In this document: piece after piece, positions 1-10,249 of the stretch | Numbering within the stretch: the stretch's first letter is position 1 | Layout: the number at the start of each line of letters is the position of its first letter | Source of the DNA: a virus | Taxonomy: Duplodnaviria; Caudoviricetes | DNA length: 64,000 nt | Strand: one strand, 5' to 3' | Virus record (IMG/VR): IMGVR_UViG_3300020193_000017 | Coordinates: 881-64,880 of that record | Notes under the pieces: generated by a model | Database searches by the model: none | Seen by the model: the letters and a program-made list of their open reading frames with translations, nothing else | Told to the model about the DNA's origin: nothing | Program-made: the position numbers and the translations under genes

Positions 1-1
1 T

Positions 2-1288
2 AGTTCACTTCGTGCTCCAATATTCTATGACTCTAATAATACAGCATATTCTTGGGACCCCAATACATCTAGTGCACATAGATTTAATACACCAAGTGGA
101 TATTTAGACATGGGTCCAATGAATGGAGACTATTGTCATTTTGTAACCGATAGAAATCAATTCTATTTCAATAAGACTGTATACATAGATGGTCCAGCAT
201 ATAGATATGGAGGTGCAAGATTTGTAGAGGAAACAGGTACTTGGGCAATTAATATTACAGGTAATGCAGCTACTGCTTCATCAGTAGCATGGGGTAATGT
301 ATCTAGTAAACCCGGAGCCTGGTTAAACACAACTAACCTGATTGCTGAGGTTGCACCAAGTGATACAGCTCAGGTCAGTGGATTTTATCAATCATATCAG
401 GGAAGTGGGAATCCAACAGGAACATGGTTTAACTATATAAATGTAAGACATAGTAACCCTGCAAACGGACACGGATATCAGATTGGTATGTCTTATTATG
501 ATACTAATCTTTGGTTTAGAAGTTACCAAGGTAGTACTTCTCCTACTTTTAGTTCTTGGTCATTAGCATTAAGTAACAACAACTATAACTCATATTCACC
601 AACTCTGACAGGTGGTGGTGCAAGTGGTACGTGGGGAATATCTATAAGTGGTAATGCTGCCTCAGCATCTACCGCATCTCAAGTAACTATTAACTATAAT
701 GATAACTCCAATGCAAACTATCAAATGTTATGGGGTTCGGGTAATTCAGTTTATGGAACCGCGGGGGTATATGTAAATCCATCATTAGATTACGTATATG
801 CAACTGCGTTTGTCTCAACTAAATTTGGTATACAAGATGGTACACCGATGGATTGTTTTATGGAGGTTGGTGACGATAACCCAACTGAAGATGGTATCGG
901 GTATGGTGGTGTGTTCCGTTTCTATGGTGACCAATCGATTTCCGCATCTCACCTATACTTTGGCGGGGCATATGTTTATAACAACTTTGTAGTTGCTGGT
1001 AGAATCACCGAGAACTCATCTATTCGATACAAGAAAGATATTACTCAAATTGAAAATGGTTTGGAAAAAGTTCTCCAATTAAGTGGTGTGACTTATACCA
1101 AAATAAATGATGAAATAAGAGAAGTGGGTGTGATAGCTGAGGAAGTTGCCAAAATTCTTCCAGAAGCTGTTGGATTCGATACAGAGGGTCGTCCGGATTC
1201 CGTATCTTATGGAAGATTGACGGCTTTATTAATTGAAGCTATAAAAGACCTTAAAAAAGAAATCGACGAACTCAAAGGGAAAAAATAA
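2..1288 (+). CDS. Tail fibre protein with C-terminal intramolecular chaperone (peptidase S74); 5'-truncated by window edge
   Basis: The frame is open from base 2 (SSLRAPIFYDSNNTAY..., a common fibre repeat). It has GTWAINITGNAATAS repeats and a C-terminal SSIRYKKDI...GVIAEEV...coiled coil typical of S74 chaperones. Confidence 0.88.
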   Translation, partial: SSLRAPIFYDSNNTAYSWDPNTSSAHRFNTPSGYLDMGPMNGDYCHFVTDRNQFYFNKTVYIDGPAYRYGGARFVEETGTWAINITGNAATASSVAWGNVSSKPGAWLNTTNLIAEVAPSDTAQVSGFYQSYQGSGNPTGTWFNYINVRHSNPANGHGYQIGMSYYDTNLWFRSYQGSTSPTFSSWSLALSNNNYNSYSPTLTGGGASGTWGISISGNAASASTASQVTINYNDNSNANYQMLWGSGNSVYGTAGVYVNPSLDYVYATAFVSTKFGIQDGTPMDCFMEVGDDNPTEDGIGYGGVFRFYGDQSISASHLYFGGAYVYNNFVVAGRITENSSIRYKKDITQIENGLEKVLQLSGVTYTKINDEIREVGVIAEEVAKILPEAVGFDTEGRPDSVSYGRLTALLIEAIKDLKKEIDELKGKK

Positions 1289-2268
1289 TGAAAGTTAATG
1301 GTAACATCAATTTTACAGGAAATCTTACGGTTCAGGGTCGCGATATCAAAACCCTGCGTGATGACCATTATGAGCTTGCATTAATTTTAATCAGAGGTCT
1401 TTTGGGTGGTGGTTATTTGGGTGGCGCTGGCTATATCGACATAACCACAATTAAATTTGCCACCGACGCGTGGGGAACAAGTGCAACAACATTAGGTTAC
1501 CCAAATAAGTATGGTGGTTGGGCGTCTGCACATACACATGGTTATTTTTTTTTAAATAACCAAAATGGTTATTGTGGAAACCAAAAAATAAATTTTGCAA
1601 CTGAGGTTATTACCACAATAGGTAATAGAAATTATTGTGGAGGTTCACCATCAACTATACAGCAAGGTGTTGGTTATGATTCTGCGGCGGTTCCATTTGG
1701 AACTAAAGCATATACTTGTGGAAACGATTCAACAGGATACGATATTTTAACTTTTGCTACGGACACGTTCACAAATACAACAGATTCAAATATTGGACAA
1801 ACGTCACACTCTGTTGGTTGGTTTGATAGAGAATATGGATATCATTATCAGTCACCATCAAACCAAACAAGAATATTTCCCTTTGCTTCTGAAACGTGGA
1901 GAATCCAATCCACAACAAATTCTCCCGGCTCATTAGGTTTACCTGGTAGCCAATTGGAAAAAGGTGTTAATAGTAAAAAAGGTAAGTTCTATTTAACAAG
2001 TGTTAGTGGCCACATTAACAACACATTAAGACAATATAAAAATACAATTTCCACTTGGGCAATTAACCACGGAAGTCAACACATACCAAACTGTGAGAAC
2101 GGGGGAGTTATGGGTCAAAACCATGGTTATCTTGCAGGTGGATATCAATCAAATTTAGGTCAAAACGCATTTAGCGATAAGGTATATTATAATACCGATA
2201 GTACTGTGGCTATAGCAGACGCTCCAAGGTCACTTTCATCGGCATCACCTTTATGGAGCCCAATTTAA
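1288..2268 (+). CDS. Kelch-like beta-propeller protein, tail-associated (paralog 1)
   Basis: Repeated G-Y-x-x-G-G and F-x-T-D-T motifs; clear similarity to the next two ORFs; coupled to the fibre gene. Confidence 0.6.
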   Translation: MKVNGNINFTGNLTVQGRDIKTLRDDHYELALILIRGLLGGGYLGGAGYIDITTIKFATDAWGTSATTLGYPNKYGGWASAHTHGYFFLNNQNGYCGNQKINFATEVITTIGNRNYCGGSPSTIQQGVGYDSAAVPFGTKAYTCGNDSTGYDILTFATDTFTNTTDSNIGQTSHSVGWFDREYGYHYQSPSNQTRIFPFASETWRIQSTTNSPGSLGLPGSQLEKGVNSKKGKFYLTSVSGHINNTLRQYKNTISTWAINHGSQHIPNCENGGVMGQNHGYLAGGYQSNLGQNAFSDKVYYNTDSTVAIADAPRSLSSASPLWSPI

Positions 2269-2269
2269 T

Positions 2270-3271
2270 ATGAAAGTATACGGTCAACTAATATATACTG
2301 GCACAATATTGTATCAGGGCACCCCTTTGAACCTCGAATACATTCCCGACACATATAAACATGGTTTATCATTAACCAGAGGTTATATTGGTGGTGGGTA
2401 TATTAACAACGCAGGATGGACTGTAGTAACAACAATTCAAAATGCTACAGATTCTTGGGGAACTTCAGCAAATGCTAACTTAGTTACTCCACATAGATAT
2501 GGTTCTCATTTTTCCTCACATATTAATGGATATATTTTATGGGGTGATTGGAACAACCATGGTTTAATAAATAAAAAAATGGCGTTCTCAACTGAGAATG
2601 TTACGGCAATTAGTAATAGGTCATATGGTACCATACCAGTTACAATACAACATGGAATTGGTTATACCGCTGAAACTGGTAAAGGGGCAGTAATGTTTGG
2701 TAGTAAAGGATATACTTTAGCAAATGGTTCATATAACTACGAAAAATTTGCATTTAATACTGACACATTTGTAACCGCGTCCGATGATTTAATTTATAGT
2801 GGAGACCAATCATATTGTGAAGCTTGGTTTGACAAAGACTATGGGTGGTCTTTAGCAAATGATGGTGTCACAAGAAGGTATGAATATTCATCTGAAACTT
2901 GGTCAACTCGTTCACCAAACCCAAACTATACCCAATCATTATCATATTGGGGAAAGGCATTACCAACAAAAGATGGTAAATCCTATGTACACGCAGGTGG
3001 TGTTGTTACACCTTTTATGAAGTTCATGCACACCACGGAATCATATGTGACAAACCCGTATAACCAAACATTAAATAATGACGAACAATCGGCGGTAATG
3101 GGTCAAAATCATGGATACCTTGCGGGTGGATATAATGGTGCTCAAAACGCCCATACAGATAGAATAGAATATAATACAGATACAGTAATAAAAATATTTG
3201 ATGCACCAAGAGCATTATCTTCCGGGTGCCCTATGTATAGTGGTTACATGGAATTTCAAAATATAACATGA
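2270..3271 (+). CDS. Kelch-like beta-propeller protein (paralog 2)
   Basis: Shares RGYIGGGY, VMGQNHGYLAGGY, QNAHTD and DAPRxLSS with its neighbours. Confidence 0.6.
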   Translation: MKVYGQLIYTGTILYQGTPLNLEYIPDTYKHGLSLTRGYIGGGYINNAGWTVVTTIQNATDSWGTSANANLVTPHRYGSHFSSHINGYILWGDWNNHGLINKKMAFSTENVTAISNRSYGTIPVTIQHGIGYTAETGKGAVMFGSKGYTLANGSYNYEKFAFNTDTFVTASDDLIYSGDQSYCEAWFDKDYGWSLANDGVTRRYEYSSETWSTRSPNPNYTQSLSYWGKALPTKDGKSYVHAGGVVTPFMKFMHTTESYVTNPYNQTLNNDEQSAVMGQNHGYLAGGYNGAQNAHTDRIEYNTDTVIKIFDAPRALSSGCPMYSGYMEFQNIT

Positions 3272-4875
3272 TAGTAAACGGTAACATAGAATTATTAGAC
3301 GGAAGTCCGGGTTGGAGGAAAGCATCTACTTTCCACACAGGGGGTACTTTGTCCAATGATAATAAAACATTTACCCCTCCGGCCGGTGGTTACACAACTG
3401 TTGTATATAACAGAACATTTTCGGCTGCGCTCAGCAACCAGGACACGGCCGAAGAATTTAGATTGGTCGCATATTGGGCGCACAATTACATTGGTGCTGG
3501 TTTTGTTTATGGACCTTCAGTACATCATTTTGATTTTAATGGTTATTCTGCTGATGGTTATGGACCATACGCTGGTGCATTAAATACCTCAGGTTTCCCA
3601 AATGGGTATAACGGAACATTCTTTGGTCAATACCACGCGCCGATATCAGGAGGTGGGGGTTCCGCACCAGGTTATTGGATTAAATGGGAAAGAGTGGTAA
3701 ATAGTCTTACGCTACAATATTCAACCATCAGCGCTGATGGACCATGGACAAATTTTACCAATTCATATTCTACGGAAATTGCATGGTCCGACGCTGTTTG
3801 TGTAATATGTGGTGAAGCAGGAGATAGTGGTACACCGTTAACCATCATAGACAACTACGCAACTCTTAGACAAGGTAGTGACTTTGGTAGGATAGTATTT
3901 GGTTTTGATAGAGATTTATATAGATATTCTTTAAACCTTATTAGAGGTTATATTGGTGGGGGTTACATTGGCGGCACAATATATAGTCAAGTTACCAAAA
4001 TAGCGTTTGCCACAGATACATGGACCACCATGTCAAACAACATGAATAAAGCCATCAAGTATGGTGGATGGGCCAGTTCTTTAACAAATGGTTATGCTTT
4101 TCATAATGTTCAAAATAGTGACGTAACAAACGACAGAATAAATTTCCCAACTGATTCTGTTCAAGCAATTGCCAATAGACCAAACGGTGCGAGTAGTTCA
4201 CCATCTTCTTCGCAGCAAGGTGTTGGATTTTTACCAGCATCATTACCAAATTCACAAGGTGGAACCTATAATACCACAGCATCATATGGTTTAAAAGCAT
4301 ATGAACATGGTAAAGGTGGGGCGATGGACATCCTAACCTTTAATACAGAAACGTGGACTTCATCAACTGGTGCACCTGTCGGACAATATGGTGTTGGGTG
4401 GTTTAATAAAGATTATAGTTTTCAGTTTGCATCACAAAATAATAACACTGTAACCAATAGGATGGGCCACGCAACCGAAACATGGGGAACCATTGTCACA
4501 ACTAATTCACCCGGTTCATTGGGATTACCTGGAGGTGGTGCAGAGAAGGGTGTAAATAGTAAACATGAAAAGTTCTTTTTGGCGGGTAACTGGGGTGGCT
4601 CATATTGTACAACTACAGCAGGTAACAACATATTCAAATTTGATATGGTAACATCTACATGGACATTGAGTACCACCGCGGCACAAACACTATATAATAA
4701 TGAACAAGCAGGTGTTATGGGTATGAATTGGGGGTATTTTGCTGGTGGATATAATTGTAATTCGGGACAAAACGCCCATACGGATAAGATTAATTATAAT
4801 GTTGAAACTGTTGTTAATATCTCGGATGCACCAAGACAACTTAGTTCTGCTTCTCCAATGTGGAGTTCATATTAA
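3268..4875 (+). CDS. Kelch-like beta-propeller protein with extra N-terminal beta-rich domain (paralog 3)
   Basis: The C-terminal ~310 aa align by eye with paralogs 1 and 2; ~200 extra aa at the N-terminus. Confidence 0.6.
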   Translation: MIVNGNIELLDGSPGWRKASTFHTGGTLSNDNKTFTPPAGGYTTVVYNRTFSAALSNQDTAEEFRLVAYWAHNYIGAGFVYGPSVHHFDFNGYSADGYGPYAGALNTSGFPNGYNGTFFGQYHAPISGGGGSAPGYWIKWERVVNSLTLQYSTISADGPWTNFTNSYSTEIAWSDAVCVICGEAGDSGTPLTIIDNYATLRQGSDFGRIVFGFDRDLYRYSLNLIRGYIGGGYIGGTIYSQVTKIAFATDTWTTMSNNMNKAIKYGGWASSLTNGYAFHNVQNSDVTNDRINFPTDSVQAIANRPNGASSSPSSSQQGVGFLPASLPNSQGGTYNTTASYGLKAYEHGKGGAMDILTFNTETWTSSTGAPVGQYGVGWFNKDYSFQFASQNNNTVTNRMGHATETWGTIVTTNSPGSLGLPGGGAEKGVNSKHEKFFLAGNWGGSYCTTTAGNNIFKFDMVTSTWTLSTTAAQTLYNNEQAGVMGMNWGYFAGGYNCNSGQNAHTDKINYNVETVVNISDAPRQLSSASPMWSSY

Positions 4876-4924
4876 CTTGTTTTTTTAAAAACTTTTATTT
4901 ATATTTTAATACAAAAGTAAATCT

Positions 4925-5581
4925 ATGAAGGAAGATATTTTACCAAAAGAGTATAAGGAAATGGCATTTTCAATGTCAGAATTTCAAATTAAACATTTTG
5001 TTGTTAATTCACAACATAATCCATATCGTCAATTTAAACAAATCTTATTAGAATTAGAGGTTCGTTACACAAATCTTGAACAGATTAATTTAGAAATTGA
5101 AAAGAACAGATTAGAGAGAGATTTGTTAGTTGAAAAAATGGATGCGGAGACATCTTTAGCTCAAAAGAAATTATATGAATTTGATATCAAAAAGAATGAT
5201 ATAACATTTGATAATATTACAAGAAATAAAACAAGAATTTATACAGAAATTGAACATTTACACAAGATTGAAAATGATTTTAGGAAACAGTTTGATATTA
5301 AAGATATGATAGATAATCAAGAAAAACACGAACATGATTATTGGATTAAAAGATTGGCAACACAATCCGCGCTTGAGTTATTAACTGTGGGTCGTATTGG
5401 TGTAGGTAATCTTGAAGCGTTAATGCAAATGGGTCCTGAAAACTTTAAGTCTGCATTGGTTGAAACAACTAAGATTGCAAACGAAGTAAAAGGTCAAGTA
5501 AAATATTTAGATATGGTAGGAGACCATGAACAATTAGAGTCTGGTCAAATAAAAGAAATTGATTTTAAACAACAACAGTAA
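4925..5581 (+). CDS. Coiled-coil hypothetical protein of tail-fibre module
   Basis: 218-aa ORF rich in heptads and charged residues; TATTTAT motif upstream. Confidence 0.55.
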   Translation: MKEDILPKEYKEMAFSMSEFQIKHFVVNSQHNPYRQFKQILLELEVRYTNLEQINLEIEKNRLERDLLVEKMDAETSLAQKKLYEFDIKKNDITFDNITRNKTRIYTEIEHLHKIENDFRKQFDIKDMIDNQEKHEHDYWIKRLATQSALELLTVGRIGVGNLEALMQMGPENFKSALVETTKIANEVKGQVKYLDMVGDHEQLESGQIKEIDFKQQQ

Positions 5582-6312
5582 TGGATTACATAGCATTTAA
5601 CGTTCCTCAAGGAGAACAACAACCAAATTTAAGTGGATTAGAAATTATACGTTATGGGGACAATACATTCTTTGCATCTATTCCCGACATCGATGTAATT
5701 CCGGTTGCCACTATTGTAAAATATACCATACAGGTATGCCCACAACAAGTAATTGATGGATTACAATTTTTTGTTTCACTACAAGAAGGTGCCAAACTTT
5801 ATAAAGGTTATTCAAGTGGGCAAGAGGAAGAATTTTTTGATGAGGACTTTGATAAAAGTAGAGGAATTCGTATCAAAAGACCCATGACCCAACAAGAGGT
5901 TACTGATAGATATGAGGCGATTAGGTGGTTGAGAATTAGAATGGTTCGTAATCATTTCAGAAATAAATTTGAAACAATGACTTCCAATAAAACTCCACAA
6001 GAAAGAGCAACTTGGAAACTACAAGAAGATGAGGCGAGAACATATCTTTTAGATAACACTGTTAGTACACCCACATTATCTGCACTAGCAACCGCAAAGA
6101 ATATAACAGTTGCCGATTTGGTTCCTTTGGTGATTAACGCCGCCAACAATTACAACTCACAGATTACACAGTTATTCGTTGATGAAGAAACATATGTTAA
6201 TCAATTAAAAACCTCACAAGGTAATGACATCATCAACGTGGTTTTACCAGTAAATACAACAATCATTCCGGGTGACAATCGTTTTACCGCCGTGGTTCCT
6301 CCGAGTGAATAA
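5581..6312 (+). CDS. Putative tail fibre assembly-like protein
   Basis: C-terminal ERATWKLQEDEAR...TPTLSALATAKNITVADLV resembles phage tail-fibre-associated assembly proteins; genomic position agrees. Confidence 0.5.
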   Translation: MDYIAFNVPQGEQQPNLSGLEIIRYGDNTFFASIPDIDVIPVATIVKYTIQVCPQQVIDGLQFFVSLQEGAKLYKGYSSGQEEEFFDEDFDKSRGIRIKRPMTQQEVTDRYEAIRWLRIRMVRNHFRNKFETMTSNKTPQERATWKLQEDEARTYLLDNTVSTPTLSALATAKNITVADLVPLVINAANNYNSQITQLFVDEETYVNQLKTSQGNDIINVVLPVNTTIIPGDNRFTAVVPPSE

Positions 6313-6321
6313 AAAAAATTT

Positions 6322-7857
6322 ATGGAAATAAAGAAAATTCTCATTGTGGGTGGTGGAACCGCAGGTGTAATGACCGCAGCACTACTATCAAAAAATTTTA
6401 AAGGTAAACTCGATATTACAGTAATTCATTCAAGTAAGATTGGAACAATCGGAGTTGGTGAGAGTTCTACAGCAAGTCTTCATTCCTTTATGAAGTTTAT
6501 TGGATTAGAGGAAAGTGATTGGATGGAGGAGTCTTCAGCGGTTTACAAGTATGGTGGAAGATTTATGGATTGGTCAAATAAAGGTGACCACTTTGTTTTA
6601 GTTGAAAACGAGCAAACATTGTACATGAATAAAAAAACAAACTTGTTACAATATCTTTTGAAATACCATGAGGGTGACCACCAAAAAATCAATGATTTAT
6701 TTATTTCACCGACACTGGCACTTTCTAATTTATCCCCAACAATTGATGAAGAGTTAAGTTATATCCCGACATATAGTAATATCGAAAGTGTTTATAGTTA
6801 CAACTTTGATGCAATTAAATTTGCTGATGTCATCAAAAGAAAAGTTTGTATTCCAAATGGTGTAAAGTTTGTTGAGGGAGAATTAAAGCAAATTAAACTT
6901 GATGATTTCGGTTTCATTCAAGATGTGAAGTTATGGGACCAACAAAAGTTTAAAGCCGATTTATATATTGATTGTTCAGGATTTAAGGGCGCATTAATTG
7001 AAGCCGCAATGGGTGAACCATTCATATCATTTAGTGATTCTTTATTTTGTGATAAAGCAATTGCCGCACCCATTCAATACAAAGACAAACGTTCCGAAAT
7101 GGAACCTTATAGTAGATTATATACGATGAATAGCGGTTGGTTGTGGAAGACACCAATCTATGATAGAATTGGTTCTGGTTATGTTTATTCATCAAAATAT
7201 ATTTCAGATGAAGATGCTGAAAAAGAATTTAGAGAATTCCATGGTGGATATGAAGGTAGTGTTCTTAAAATCAATATGAGGGTCGGTACTCGCGAAAGAG
7301 TTGCTGTTAAAAACGTAGTTGCTTGTGGCTTGGCCGGAGGTTTTGCTGAACCAATGGAATCAACAGGTATTTCAACATTCCAAGGAATTATGTCAACTTT
7401 GGCAACAGAACTTGAAAAAAATAATTTGAATTATACAAACCAAACGATTGACATAATCAATAGAGATAATATTAACATGATGATTGACATCCGCGATTTT
7501 ATTCATGTACATTATTTAACATGTCAAAGAGATGATACTCCGTTTTGGAAAGATTGTAAAACCAAATCATTCATACCCGATACCTTAATGCAGAAACTAC
7601 AAATCATGATTGTTAGGCCAGCAGAGGAATTATTCAGAGGTAGAATATTTGGTTCTGTAAATTGGTTCCAATGGTTATGGGGTACAGGATTCTTTCATAA
7701 TAATTCATTTGGTAGAACACCAAGGGTAGAGATAAAAGAAAAATATATTCCATATATGCAAAAGAAAATTGATTTAATAAAATATGAAACAAAACTACTA
7801 ACAGAATTATTACCAAATCTTTATGACCAATTAAAAGAGAAATATGGAAGAGATTAA
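6322..7857 (+). CDS. Flavin-dependent (tryptophan halogenase family) halogenase
   Basis: VGGGTAG FAD motif, GVGES, catalytic-Lys region AVYKYG, IDCSGF, WLWKTP (WxWxIP-like) and FAEPMESTG. Confidence 0.92.
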   Translation: MEIKKILIVGGGTAGVMTAALLSKNFKGKLDITVIHSSKIGTIGVGESSTASLHSFMKFIGLEESDWMEESSAVYKYGGRFMDWSNKGDHFVLVENEQTLYMNKKTNLLQYLLKYHEGDHQKINDLFISPTLALSNLSPTIDEELSYIPTYSNIESVYSYNFDAIKFADVIKRKVCIPNGVKFVEGELKQIKLDDFGFIQDVKLWDQQKFKADLYIDCSGFKGALIEAAMGEPFISFSDSLFCDKAIAAPIQYKDKRSEMEPYSRLYTMNSGWLWKTPIYDRIGSGYVYSSKYISDEDAEKEFREFHGGYEGSVLKINMRVGTRERVAVKNVVACGLAGGFAEPMESTGISTFQGIMSTLATELEKNNLNYTNQTIDIINRDNINMMIDIRDFIHVHYLTCQRDDTPFWKDCKTKSFIPDTLMQKLQIMIVRPAEELFRGRIFGSVNWFQWLWGTGFFHNNSFGRTPRVEIKEKYIPYMQKKIDLIKYETKLLTELLPNLYDQLKEKYGRD

Positions 7858-7921
7858 TAAATTAAAAGAACGTATTTATTTCTTGGAAAAGAAATATAAA
7901 GATTAAAAATTAAAAAATTAA

Positions 7922-8251
7922 ATGATTAATTTAATTAGTTATACTATTTTCATTGGTCTTCTATTCTACTTTATTGGTTATAGTAGAATAAAAGACAAAC
8001 TTTTAATGTACAAGTATAAATCCTATTGGACTGATTACAATGTTACAGAATTTTCTGCTTGGATGGCCAAGGCGGCAATAATTATTCCCGGTTTAGTTTT
8101 CGGAAAAGAAATATGGTGGTTACATTTTTTTACTTTATTAACTTCATCACTTTTAATTTGGGCAAGCATGAAAAAGTCACTACCAACACTTATTATTTTC
8201 AACACTTTATGGATAATTATTTCTTTAACGATTATTCTTAGAAACATTTGA
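7922..8251 (+). CDS. Small multi-pass membrane protein
   Basis: 109 aa with 3-4 hydrophobic segments. Confidence 0.55.
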   Translation: MINLISYTIFIGLLFYFIGYSRIKDKLLMYKYKSYWTDYNVTEFSAWMAKAAIIIPGLVFGKEIWWLHFFTLLTSSLLIWASMKKSLPTLIIFNTLWIIISLTIILRNI

Positions 8252-8318
8252 TATAATCAAAATTTTTTGTTATTATTGAAAAGTACATTGGTACATAAAT
8301 TTCATTAAAACAAGAAAA

Positions 8319-9257
8319 ATGAGAAAAACAACTGTTTCGACAATCATTGGGTTTGTTAGAAACAACGTGAGGATTTTATTAGTTCTCTTGGTTATGATGG
8401 GTGCAACATCTCTAAACGCACAATACAGTAATTCAGCTATAAGTAGAGGCTCGGAACAGGCCCGGGGTGGAGACACCTTAAAAATCAAGGATACCATCAC
8501 TGGTCCCTTGGATATGGCCGAAGTTACCGTAACCGCAAAGAAATATCCCCTCCAAACAAAGGTAGGTCCATACAATCAACCTTTATGGAGCACAATGAGA
8601 ATGTTCCCTTCAACTAGAGTCTATGTGATGAACCCGCCAGGTTCAGTCATGTATGAGAAGTGGTTTGACATTCGTGACCGCAGGGACGGCGGTCCGACCC
8701 AAATTAGAATGAGGGATGAATTCACCTTCGGTTTAGGAAAGAGATTACAATTAGACCTGTACTCTCATACCGTTTATGATGGTGAAAATGGCAACAAGAC
8801 CTTTAGTTGGAGGGGCTTCTCATGGGAAATTAGATATGCACTTGCCGATTGGGGTAAGATTTGGGGTAACCCAACCATCTATTATGAAATGAAAATGTTA
8901 GATGGACGTTGGGGTATCGAACCAAAACTATTACTTGGTGATAGAATTGGTAACAAAGGTATTTGGGGTTTGAACTTTATCTATGAAGGTAATCTTGCGG
9001 ATACCAAAGTAGATAGAAAACCTGAATATGCATCAACAGCATCTTATGGACATATCGTTAATAACGATTTAACACTCGGTGTGAGTGGTATGTATCGTCA
9101 TAATGATTACGGAGGTGGTAGTAACGAAGTTTACTTAGGTCCACTCATCCAATATCGATTTAATGGTCACGCTTATTTAACCGTTGAGACGATGCCAGGG
9201 TTTACACAATCATCTAAGGCATCTCGAAGCACAATCATTTTTGCATGGAGATTTTAA
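8319..9257 (+). CDS. Putative outer-membrane beta-barrel protein
   Basis: Signal peptide ending SLNA-Q, alternating amphipathic strands, and a C-terminal aromatic beta-signal (IFAWRF). Confidence 0.6.
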   Translation: MRKTTVSTIIGFVRNNVRILLVLLVMMGATSLNAQYSNSAISRGSEQARGGDTLKIKDTITGPLDMAEVTVTAKKYPLQTKVGPYNQPLWSTMRMFPSTRVYVMNPPGSVMYEKWFDIRDRRDGGPTQIRMRDEFTFGLGKRLQLDLYSHTVYDGENGNKTFSWRGFSWEIRYALADWGKIWGNPTIYYEMKMLDGRWGIEPKLLLGDRIGNKGIWGLNFIYEGNLADTKVDRKPEYASTASYGHIVNNDLTLGVSGMYRHNDYGGGSNEVYLGPLIQYRFNGHAYLTVETMPGFTQSSKASRSTIIFAWRF

Positions 9258-10249
9258 TTAAAGGACAAGAGTTCCTTGTATACTTATTATTCATAATGTT
9301 CGTAACAGGTATCCTCAAAGAAAGAGGGTACCTTATGGACTTATTTAGAATTATAACTCAGAAGATTAAATCAAAGAAAGCTGTTGTCTTTCTTGTATCA
9401 TTATTCGGTGGAATACTTCCAATACCGGGTAGAGTTGCTCTGTCGGCAAGTATGTTAAACAGCATCGCGCCTGTTGATAATAAGAAGAGAAAGAAGTTTG
9501 GCATCATTGATTACCTCGCAACCCACCACTATTATTTGTGGTCACCACTTGAAAAAACAGTCATCATCCCGATGTCGGTACTTGGACTAACATATGCTAG
9601 TTTCATGTCGCTAATTTGGCCATTATTATTAATAACAATAATTTATGTCTCATTCTATATCATGTCATTAGGTGATGATGAGATAGATATCGAAGTTCAT
9701 AACGAACCAATAAATTGGAAAAATATAGTATTTGTTGTTATCCCATTTCTTTTGACGATTTTAATTAGTTGTTTGACCAGTTATTATTTTATTACGTTCG
9801 CGGTTTTTACATTCTATCTTATTTCATATTCAAATTCTTGGTATAAATTATTGAATTACATTAATTGGGAATTACTTGTTATAGTTATGATTGTAATAAT
9901 TCTCGGTAACCTGATAAGTCATAATTACGATTATATAGAATCTATTATAAAACAATTCGCTTTAACTAAGAATATCATATTGGTTTCTGTGATTGGATTT
10001 CTCGCATCATTTTTACTTGGTTCTTCCGCGAAGTATGCGGGAATTGTAAGTTTATTAACCGCAACATTTGGGATGAAGTATTTTGTTTTATTCTTTACAT
10101 TGGAATATTCCGCATACTTAATATCCCCAACACATAAATGTTTACCGATAGGTCAAAAGTATTTCCATACAGGATTTATGACTTATTTGAAGGCTCTTAT
10201 AATTTGGATATCAATTATGATAACCTACGCATTATTTACTATCGTATGA
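9245..10249 (+). CDS. Inner-membrane permease (ion-transporter superfamily / DUF401-like)
   Basis: About 9-10 TM segments; GILPIPGRVALSA and YLISPTHKCL motifs. Confidence 0.65.
   Translation: MEILIKGQEFLVYLLFIMFVTGILKERGYLMDLFRIITQKIKSKKAVVFLVSLFGGILPIPGRVALSASMLNSIAPVDNKKRKKFGIIDYLATHHYYLWSPLEKTVIIPMSVLGLTYASFMSLIWPLLLITIIYVSFYIMSLGDDEIDIEVHNEPINWKNIVFVVIPFLLTILISCLTSYYFITFAVFTFYLISYSNSWYKLLNYINWELLVIVMIVIILGNLISHNYDYIESIIKQFALTKNIILVSVIGFLASFLLGSSAKYAGIVSLLTATFGMKYFVLFFTLEYSAYLISPTHKCLPIGQKYFHTGFMTYLKALIIWISIMITYALFTIV

Noticed and set aside
1288-4875. Diversity-generating retroelement acting on the propeller paralogs
   Set aside because: No reverse transcriptase, and no near-identical TR/VR pair differing only at adenines was seen.
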